Below are positions 54,291 through 64,000 of a stretch of DNA of 64,000 bases, piece by piece; the first letter of the stretch is position 1; each line of letters begins with the position of its first letter. Origin of the DNA: Malacoraja senta. Lineage: Eukaryota. The stretch lies in contig CM075988.1 in assembly GCA_038087875.1 (NCBI GenBank), positions 17,238,001 to 17,302,000 of the forward strand. The letters are read 5' to 3'. The notes under the pieces were generated by a model. That model did not search any database, was not told where the DNA came from, and saw only the letters and a program-made list of their open reading frames with translations. The translations under genes were made by a program, and so were the position numbers.

Positions 54291-55791
54291 TTCATTTCTG
54301 ACTCGCTCAGTGACATCTGCTGAACCTCGGCATTCTGAGGCCAGGAGGGAGAAAAGCAACACAATGTGGATTCCCAAACCCCCATCGTTATTTAGTGAAT
54401 TCTGCCAGATAGAGTGCGAGGTTCAGATGAGAAAAGGACAGCACTCAGTCACTGCCTGACCCTGGTGAACCATCCACCGTGGTTCTCCAGACCAAGCGCA
54501 TATAGGCAACAAAGAAAGCAGTTACAGGAGAAACAGTGATGGTGATTCTATAGTGACAGTGCAGAAACAGCCAGCAGCTTCGGACAAGGAATGGAAAAAA
54601 ATATTAAGCAGAATAAAACCAAGAAAGGTTTTAATCAGTTCAAAGAAATTAGATTTAATTTAACAATAAAGCAACGCATTCATGAGTGGTAAAAAATAAT
54701 TATTCCAGCCTATTGGAATTAGCTCAATTGCATATCAAATAATAAAAATAGTAATGTCATCAAAATATAAATATGGTAAATCTGTCTCTAAAAGTTCAAT
54801 AGAGATAAATTGAAAGATTATAAAAGTTCACAATGTGTGTATGTGTACATGTGTTTTGTGCACATGTGTAAGTATGTATGTGTGTACCTGTACCTCTGTC
54901 AGAGCAGAATAGCCACATGGATATGCAGGGAATGGACGTATATGGATCACATGCAGGCACAGGAGATTCGTTTAACTGGCATCTTATACGGCATGGACAA
55001 CGTGGGATGTAGGGCCTGGTCCCGTGCTGTACTGTTCTATTTTCTATATGTTCTGAATTTTAATGGGAATTCTAATGGCTAGAAATAGCTGGCACTTCGA
55101 TTCAAGGTTTATTGAGCATCTCTCAATGGACATGACTCACAAAAAGTTGAGTGATGTCTGGCTCCATGCGTTTAAATCATGTAGCACTCCATCTAAATAT
55201 CAATCTTAACATTTCTCCACTGTTGTCAGTTCAGCTTAAATTGCAAAGTTACTGTTTACCCTCAAATGTTTCACTTGCTTGGTTTTCTCCCTCAGGAGTG
55301 AGATGCAGAAGTACTTGTTATTTCTTTCTTCACTCATTTTCCTCAGCAGAGGTACAATTCCACATCAACAAACACGGGTTATACCTATTGTCAGAACTAT
55401 TTGATTCAGCATGATGGAGAATATCAACAAAGATGGATGCAACAATGAATTTGAACATGTTCAATCCTTTTTACACTCATTTTCAGGGTCTGGGCATCGC
55501 TAGCAAAGCCAACGTTTATGGCCTATTAATATTTGATGCAAGACACTGGTGGCAGCAGACCTTCTCGTAGGCCATTATTGGGAAGGGAGTTCCATGACTT
55601 GGAAACTGGCAGTGAAGGAGTGGGTGATGAATTTACATGCAGGGTTACTCAGCGACTACACAGCAACCTGCAGTTGGTGGCGGTGTTCCAATGGACCTGT
55701 TGCCCATGGTCTAATGTTTCGGGATTGACAGGTACTGTCGGAGTAGCCTGGGGAGTAACTGCACACAGTGCACATTGCAGCCTCCGTGCAG

Positions 55792-56490
55792 CATAGAAAC
55801 AGAAAATAGGTGCAGGAGTAGGCCATTCGGCACTTCGAGCCAGCACCGCCATTCAATATGATCATGGCTGATCATCCAAAATCTGTACCCTGTTCCTGCT
55901 TTTTCCCCATATCGCTTGATTCCTTTAGCCCTGAGAGCTAAATCTAACTCTCCCTTGAAAACATCCAGTGAATTGGCCTCCACTACCTTCTGTGACATAG
56001 AATTCCACAGATTCACAACTCTCTGGGTGTAAAGGTTTTTCCTCCTCTCAGTCCTAAATGGCCTACCCCATATTCGTAAACTGTGACCCTGGTTCTGGGC
56101 TCCTCCAACATCAGGAACATTTTTCCTGCATCTAGCCTGTCCAATCCTTTAAGAATTTTATATGTTTCTATAAGATCCCCTCTCAACCTACTAAATTCCA
56201 GTGAATATAAGCCCAGTTGACCCATTCTTTCAGCATATGTCAGTCCCGCCATCACGGAAATTAACCTGGCGAACCTACGCTGCACTCCCACAATAGCAAT
56301 AATGTCCTTCCTCAAATTAGGAGACTGAAACTGCACACAATACTCCAGGTACAGCCTCACCATGGCCCTGTACAACTGTAGTAGGACCTCCTTGCTCCTA
56401 AACTCAAATCCTCTCGCACTGAAGCCCAACATGCCATTAGCTTTCTTCACTGCCTGCTGCACCTGCATGCTTACTTTCAGTGACTGGTAG
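55792..56490 (-). mobile_element. CR1 3' fragment
   Basis: QVQQAVKKANGML...RGDLIETYKIL plus tail. Confidence 0.9.
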
Positions 56491-56504
56491 AGGGAATAAA
56501 TGAG

Positions 56505-56962
56505 CATTATAGAGCTATAGGGGGGTTGAGTAGGCTGGGACTCTGTTCCTTTGAGCGCAGGAGGATGAGGGGTGATCATACAGGAGTGTATAAAGTCACG
56601 AGAGGAATAGATCGAGTAGATGCACAGTCTCTTGCCCAGAGTAAGGGAATGAAAGACCAGAAGGCATAGGTTCAAGGTGAAGGGGAACATATCTAATAGG
56701 AATCTGAGGGGTAACTTTTTCACACAAAGGGTGGTGGGTATATGGAACGAACTGCCAGAGGAGGTAGTTAAGGCACGGTCTATCGCAACGTTTAAGAAAC
56801 AGTTAGATACAGTAGATACATGGTTAGGACTGGTTGGGAGGGATATGGGCCAAACGCAGGCAGATGGGACTAGTGTACCTGGGCGGTTGTTGGCCGGTGT
56901 GGGCAAGTTGGGCCGAAGGGACTGTATACACACTGTATGACTCTATGACTATGACTGTATGA
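56505..56962 (+). mobile_element. HER1/CR1 3' fragment with (CTATGA)n tail
   Basis: RGNFFTQRVVGIWNELPEEVV; tail ctgtatgactctatgactatgac. Confidence 0.88.
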
Positions 56963-57706
56963 GTGTAGTTAGAATTGACACATTCATCAGTGGCAAATGA
57001 ATGAGAATACCAACTTCATAGTTCCACTGCATTCTGCAACCTATGTCAGGAACACACCTCGACTTAACAAGTTGACTTTGTAAGATTGTCCGCATTATTA
57101 CATTGCATGGAAACAGATGGTTGAGAAGGAAGCAATTTGGTATGAAGCCATTTAGGCAATTCTTGATTAGGAGAGGTGCTTTGCTTTTCCTGGGGGTATT
57201 AATAAAATACAAGCTGTACATTGTATACAAATTATTTTACTGTGCTAAAGTAACCCAAGGCATTTTGTAGAATGAAGGAGAGGTTATTAACAATATAAAC
57301 ATTGAGCTGCTTTGGGAGAGGTGACGAAGGACTTGGTTAAAGAGATAGGTTCTAAGGAATTGGTGAAAGGTTATCACCTGGAAAGAGGTCATTTGACTCG
57401 ACAATTAGTGTCGATTCTAGATGGAGACTAAGGGAACCTGGAGATGTGGCATTTGTGCAGGGATGTGGTGTTGAGATTGAGGGTTATGTTTGGTGTAATT
57501 GAAAGGCAGAGGAGGCAGGAAGGACTGAATGGCCTTCTCCTTCTTCCAGTATTATATGTTCTTACGATTCATGCTAGAGCAGTCCAGCAAGTCCCGCTCT
57601 CTTACCTTCTCCCCATTGCTCTGCTAATTGTTTTTCTAGGGAGGTGGTGCAGCCAGCACGCTGTCAAATGCCACAATTGAAACTGCATCCAATGCTATTC
57701 CTGGTA

Positions 57707-57772
57707 ATTAATAATAATAATAATAATAATAGATTTTATTTATATAGCGCTTTTCAGGACTCAAAGTCGCTT
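57707..57772 (-). repeat. (TAA)n microsatellite forming an L2 tail fragment
   Basis: Same adjacent sequence as 60522-60578. Confidence 0.8.
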
Positions 57773-58647
57773 AAAAAGGAAGGTTGAGAAAAGGAAGCAG
57801 GAGAGATAAGGGAGAAAGTGGAAGATTTCCAGAGTTTAGGTCAATGGTAGCTGAAGACCACAGTCAATGAGTGGTGGAAATCAGTGAAGGGAGTAGAATG
57901 GGAGCATTGAATGTGGCCCCATATAAAGTAAACAGGTTTAGTTCTGGGGAGATACAGCATGGAAAGAGACCTTTCTGCCCACTGAATCCATGCCGACCAT
58001 TGTGTTCATTCTAGTTGTTTATAATCCCTAAACGGGGGACAGTTTACAAAGGTCAATTAACCTACAAACCCACACATCTTTGGGATGTGGGAGGAAACCG
58101 GAGTATGCAGATGAAGCCACGCAGCCACAAGGAGAATGTGCAAACTCCACACAGATAACACCTTAGGTCAGGATCGAACTGTGAGGCAGCAGCTCTGTTT
58201 CTGTGCTCCTGTGCTGCCCTTATGCCATAGTTACAATTTACAGCTGCGTAACATGCCGAGAGAGATTACACTATTCCCTCTGGAGAAAGAAATATTCCTG
58301 TTCTATTAGTTCTAAAGATATGGAAGAATTTAGAATTACAGGGATTATTATTAATCTGCTGTCAACCATCGACTAAGGACACATCATTGTTTTAGATGGT
58401 ATTTCTATGCAATATGCATAATGTCCATTTAGGAATAATAACCCAATATAAAGTGATAGAGCATTGCTTATTTTTGATGTTCAGAAACGTATGATGAGGG
58501 CCAGAGTCATTTTATATTTCATGTTGCTGACAAGTTAGCAGGAAAGACCTGAATAAATTCTTACTAGAAAAAAGATTAAGGTGGACAAAATCGAATGAAA
58601 ACTTTTTTTGAGATGATGGCGACAGAGGTTTAGTGTAAAGTCAACAT

Positions 58648-59046
58648 GGTGCGCAGTGGTAGAAACATAGAAACATAGAAAATAGGTACAGGAGTAGGCC
58701 ATTCGGCCTTTCGAGCCTGCACCGCCATTCAATATGATCATGGCTGATCATCCAACTCAGTATCCTGTACCTGCCTTCTCTCCATACCCCCGATCCCTTT
58801 AGCCACAAGGAGTGGCTGCCTTACAGAGCCAGAGACCCGGGTTTGATCCTGACTACAGGTGCTGTATGTGCGGAGTTTGTACGTTCTCCCTGTGACCGCA
58901 TGCTCCAGTTGCCCCTCACACTCCAAAGACATGCAGGATTGTAGGCTAATTGGCTTTGGTAACATTGTAAATTGTCCCTAGTGTGTGTAGGATGGTGCTA
59001 GTATGTGGGGATCGCCTGTTTCCGCACTGTGTCTCTATAAACTAAA
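58648..59046 (+). mobile_element. HE1-like SINE interrupted by an antisense CR1 3' fragment (~58662-58811)
   Basis: SINE head gcgcagtggtag|...|agtggctgccttacag split by a CR1 tail (aaacatag)n. Confidence 0.8.
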
Positions 59047-59476
59047 CGGGTCAGGCTGCATTGTGGAGGGAAACGGACAGATGATGCTTCGTGCTATGGA
59101 GTAGAGGGAAGATTGCTGGTAAAAAGAAATGAGGGAAAGGCAGATTACAAACTAGAGGACCTACAAATCTGAAGAAGGGTCTCGATCCGAAACACCACCC
59201 ATTCCTTCTCTCCAGAGATGCGGCCTGTCCCGCTGAGTTACTCCAGCTTCGGTTTAAACCAGCATCTGTAGTTCCTTCCTAGACAAATGCTAAGGTCTTG
59301 TTATGCAACAGATGTAGACTAGTAAGGGATTCATCAGAATTATTATTCCTGGCATTGTTAGAATCAATATTTATCAATTTTATTAACCAACATTGCATAC
59401 TGAAAGTTACATTGTTGTTACAGAGGGGTAGCCTGATTCAAATTCTGAGTTTGCCATCCAGATAATATTAGAAATA

Positions 59477-59573
59477 GTCTGAAGAAGGGTCTCGACCTGA
59501 ACCGTCACCTATTTCTTTTCTCCAGAGATCTGCCTGGCCCGCTGAGTTGATCCACCTTTTTGTGTCTCTCTTC
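59477..59573 (+). mobile_element. Minimal hammerhead-headed insert
   Basis: Starts gtctgaagaagggtctcgacctgaaccgtc; TSD aatattagaaata (59464-59476) / aatattagagata (59574-59586). Confidence 0.72.
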
Positions 59574-60521
59574 AATATTAGAGATATATCAACTTAAAAA
59601 GAATTGATATTTAGCTTTGTTTTAAAGATGGTTATTCCGTTAGGTCTTGACCGCCATTTTGCTTAAATGTTATTAGCTTCAAGTGTTTTTTTTTCAAATA
59701 AATAGCTTCAGGCGAGGAATCAACTTTGTTCAGCCCCCAGGACAATATGCAGCCAAGGCATCAAAGAGCGAATTAAACCAGTTAATAATTGAGCACTGGG
59801 AAGTTTGTTCACTGTGAGAAAATTAATTAAAAGAAATTATCAGGTTAGTTCAGAAATAGATGTAGATAATGTGAACTGGGATTCAAAGTTGTGTTTGTAT
59901 TCAATAAATTGTATTTAGTTCGCATTTTTAATGACTTGCATTCATTCAGAATATCTAACGTGCTGGAACCCTTCACAGGCGAATTATTAAATAAAATCCG
60001 GTCTCAACCCAAAACTTCATCTATCCGTGTTCTCTAGAGATGCTGCCTGAGCTGCTGAGTTACTCCTGCACTTTGTGCCCTTTTGTCTTTGTTCTACCAT
60101 TTATCTGACCTGATGACCCAAAGCTTGACTTTTAGTGCTCATTTAAACCACCAAAGCTTGGTGGTTTAAATGAGCACTAAATTGAGGGCGAGAGAGAGAG
60201 GGATTTGGGGGATTTCTGTAGTTTATGGCTTTGCTAGCTGAAAACACATTGAGTTTGCTTTGACTGCATTTAGATATGGTATATACCTGATCTGTTTGGA
60301 TAGCATGCAAAGCTGAGCTTTTCACTGTACCTCAGTACATGTGACAATAACAAACCTAAACCGAACCTGGAGGACAACAGATATGTCTGAGAATATGAAA
60401 CAATGAAGGAGGTTGCAGAGTGAAGGGAAAGAACAAAGTTGAAGTGAAAAAGAGATCTGGATTTTAAAAACTGAGGCTTTTCTTGACCAGGAGTTGATAT
60501 AGGACAAAAACCACAAAGGTG

Positions 60522-60830
60522 ATAATAATAATAATACATTTTATTTATATAGCGCTTTTCAGGACTCAAAGTCGCTTTACATTGAGAGTCAAGAATAAAC
60601 AAAACAAAATAGAGCAGTAAGACAGAGATGCAAAGGGGAGGGGAACATGGGGCTAAGGGTATGCAGAGGTGAAGAGATGGGTCTTGAGGCGGGACTGGAA
60701 GATGGTGAGGGACTCAGAATTTCGGATCAGTTGTGGGAGGGAATTCCAGAGCCTGGGAGCTGCCCTGCAGAAGGCTCTGCCTCCAAAAGTGCAGAGGTTT
60801 GATTTCGGAGTGGAATCATGGTTGATGGGT
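60522..60830 (-). mobile_element. L2-clade LINE 3' end
   Basis: GGRAFCRAAPRLWNSLPQLIR...FQSRLKTHLF; (TTA)n tail. Confidence 0.85.
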
Positions 60831-61287
60831 GAATAGGTCTTGAAAGGTGGTGATGGAACAGTTGGATTCAAAGATCATGGAAGGGATGAGGGTAGGGTGA
60901 AGCATTGGGCATTCTAACAGAGGCAGAAATAGGCAGACTTGTAAAAGTGGTCTGGTTAAGTTTCAGACACATTCCCACTGACATAACATGAAGCAGAGGG
61001 GAGCCACTCAGCTCATTGAGTCCATGTTGGTTGTCAGCTGAGCGCGTTCTATTCCCTGTCCTTTTCTTCCTTGTTGCCCGACAGCTTATTCTCTCCCTCA
61101 TATATCCATCAATATTATGGGCTCCACCCTTCCTGACGTCATCTATTGCCAGCCTTGATTTCCGGCCTTTTCCCTCTTCCAGTCTACCCCCCCCCCCCCC
61201 CCCCCCCCCCGCCCCCCTACTTTCAGTAAACATGTCCTGACTCCAATCGTCACTTATTCTTTAACTCCAGAGAATAGGTGACCTGCG

Positions 61288-61560
61288 TTGGTCCATATTC
61301 CTCTAAACCTGTCCTATCCATGTACCTGTCTAAATGTTTTTTTAAACTTTGCGATAGTACCTGCCTCAATTACATCCTCCAGCAGCTCGTTCCATACACC
61401 CACCACCCTTTGTGTTAAAAAGTTACCTCGGGTTCCCATTAAATCGTTCCCCCTCACCTTAAACCTATGTCCTCTGGTTCTCGATTCCCCTACTCTGGGC
61501 AAGAGACTCTGTGCATCTGCCCGACCCATTCCTCTCACCATTTTGTACATGATTTTGTAT
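61288..61560 (-). mobile_element. HER1/CR1 fragment
   Basis: SRTRGHRFKVRG...VVGVWNELLEDV. Confidence 0.8.
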
Positions 61561-61724
61561 CTTTCTTTTTGAAGGGTAGTTAGAGATATGGACAATGCCC
61601 CTATTCTATGAATTAATAACAAGAAGGATATTTTGATGGGGAAACAAAACACAATAAAGCTAATGGAAATGTTCAGAATTGAAATGTGAAGCTAAATCCT
61701 TGGCTGAGAAGACATTTCATGTTA

Positions 61725-62748
61725 CACTGCCCTCCATAATGTTTGGGACAAAGACCCATCATTTATTTATTTGCCTCTGTACTCCACAATTTAAGATTTG
61801 TAATAGAAAAAAATCACATGTTGTTAAAGTGCATTTTATCAGATTTTAATAAGGGCCATTTTTATACATTTTGGTTCAGTTCCCTTCAGTTTTCACTTCA
61901 GCATATAAAAGGCATGCTCAATTGGGTTCAGATCAGGTGATTGACTTGGCCACTCAAGAATTGACCATTTTATAGCTTTGAAAAACTCCGTTGTTGCTTT
62001 AGGAGTATGTTTGGGATCATTGTCTTGCTGTAGAATGAATTGCCGGCCAATGAGTTTTGAGGCTTTTGTTTGAACTTGAGCAGATAGGATGTGTCAGTAC
62101 ACTTCAGAATTCATTGTGCTACTACCATCAGCATTTGCATCATCAATGAAGATAAGTGAGCCAGTACCTTCAGCAGCCATACATGCCCAGGCCATAACAC
62201 CCCCACCACCGTGTTTCACAGATGAGGTGGTATGCTTTGGATCTTGGGCAGTTCCTTCTCTCCTCCATACTTTGCTCTTGCCATCACTCTGATATAAGTT
62301 AATCTTCGTCTCATCTGTCCACAAGACCTTTTTCCAGAACTTTGGTTGTTCTTTTAAGTACTTATTGGCAAACTGTAAGCTGGCCATCCTATTTTTGCAG
62401 CTAACCAGTGGTTTGCATCTTGCAGTGTAGCTTCTGTATTTCTGTTCATGAAGTCTTCTGCGGACAGTGGTCATTGACAAATCCACACCTGAAGAGTATT
62501 TCTGGATCTGTCAGACAGGTGTTTGGGGATTTTTCTTTATTATAGAGAGAATTCCTCTGTCATCAGCTGTGGGGGTCTTCCTTCGCTTGCCAGTCCCTTT
62601 GCGATTAGTAAGCTCACCAATGCTCTTTTTCTTCTTAATGATGTTCCAAACAATTGATTTTGGGTAAGCCTAAGGTTTGGCTGATGTCTCTCACAGTTTT
62701 ATTCTTGTTTCTCAGTCTCATAACGGCTTCTGACTTTCATTGGCACAA
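61725..62748 (-). mobile_element. Tc1 (DD34E-type) transposon relic
   Basis: TA|cactgccctccataatgtttgggac terminus; VLWTDETK, KHGGGGVMAWACM, FILQQDNDPKH and EWPSQSPDLNPIE on -; internal deletion; 5' part replaced by CR1. Confidence 0.9.
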
Positions 62749-64000
62749 CATAAAAGATAAAATAGCCGCACATTTGAATAATAGTAACAGGATCGGTCCG
62801 AGTCAGCATGGATTTATGCAGAGGAAATCATGCCTAACTAATCTTCTGGAATTTTTTTGAGGATGTAACTAGGAAAATTGTTAAGGGAGAGCCAGTGGAT
62901 GTAGTGTATCTGGACTTTCAGAAAGCATTTGATAAGGTCCCACATAGGAGATTAGTGGGCAAAATTAAGGCTCATGCTATTCGGGATAGAGGGCTGAGAT
63001 GGATAGAAAATTGGTTGGCAGACAGGAAACAAAGAGTAGGGATTAACGGGTCCCTTTCAGAATGGCAGGCAGTGACTAGTGGGGTACCGCAAGGCTCGGT
63101 ACTGGGACCGCAGCTATTTACAATATATATTAATGATTTAGATGAAGGGACTACAAGTAACATTAGCAAATCTGCAAATGGTACAAAGCTGGGTGGCAGT
63201 GTGAACTGTGAGGAGGATGCTATGCAAATGGAGCGTGACTTGGACAGGTTGGGTGAGTGGGCAAATGCATGGCAGATTAAGTTTAATGTGGATAAATGTG
63301 AGGTTATCCACTTTGGTAGCAAAAACAGGAAGTCAGATTATTATCTAAATGGTGTCAAATTGGGAAAAGGGGAAGTACAACGGGATCTGGGGATCCTTGT
63401 TCATCAGCCAATGAAAGTAAGCATGCAGGTACAGCAGGCAGTGAAGAAAGTGAATGGCATGTTGACCTTTATAACAAGAGGAGTTGAGTATAGAAGCAAA
63501 GAGGTCCTCCTACAGTTGTAGAGGTCCCTAGTGAGACCACATCTGGAATATTGTGTGCAGTTTTGATCTCCAAATTTGAAGAAGGACTATTGAGGGAGTG
63601 CAGCGTAGGTTCACAAGATTAATTACCGGGATGGCGGGACTGTCATATGCTGAGAGAATGGAGCGGCTGGGCTTGTATACTCTGGAATTTAGGATGAGAG
63701 GGGATCTTATTGAAACATATAAGATTATTAAGGGTTTGGACACGCTTGAGGCAGGAAACATGTTCCCGATGTTGGGGGAGTCCAGAACCAGGGGCCACAG
63801 ATTAAGAATAAGAGGTAAGCCATTTAGAACGGAGATGAGGAAACCTATTTTCACACAGAGAGTTGTGAGTCTGTGGAATTCTCTGCCTCAGAGGGCGGTG
63901 GAGGCCGGTTCTCTGGAAACTTTCAAGAGAGAGCTAGATAGGGCTCTTAAAGATAGCGGAGTCAGGGGAAATGGGGAGAAGGCAGGAATGGGGTACTGAT
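62749..64000 (+). mobile_element. CR1 ORF2 3' portion, disrupted
   Basis: SQHGF, LDFQKAFDKV and GVPQGSVLGP; FADD reads SANG; frameshifts and stops; runs to the window end. Confidence 0.92.

Noticed and set aside
56013..56933. 306-aa minus-strand ORF
   Set aside because: Chimeric read-through of an antisense HER1 fragment into a sense CR1 fragment; not a gene.

Overview
Eukaryotic, repeat-rich vertebrate DNA, most consistent with a cartilaginous fish such as a skate or ray (HE1-type V-SINEs, HER1/CR1 LINE tails, DeuSINEs). The only host coding sequence I can support is one 217-bp exon of beta-secretase 1 (BACE1, equivalent to human exon 3) at 29308-29524 on +. The rest appears to be two large flanking introns filled with mobile DNA. 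This includes a nearly full-length young CR1 LINE with an SGNH-esterase ORF1, many CR1, Rex-Babar, L2, L1 and RTE 3' fragments, Penelope-like (PLE) relics, PIF/Harbinger MITEs (3-bp TWA TSDs), a non-autonomous hAT (8-bp TSD) and a Tc1 relic. The most interesting signal is a family of about 20 short (~90-280 bp) non-coding inserts. They carry a minimal hammerhead-ribozyme core (CUGANGA-stem-GAAAC-GUC), often occur as inverted pairs and are flanked by 10-16-bp target-site duplications. They look like retrozyme-style non-autonomous elements derived from PLE termini. All calls are by eye; repeat family names are recalled from known motifs, not database hits.
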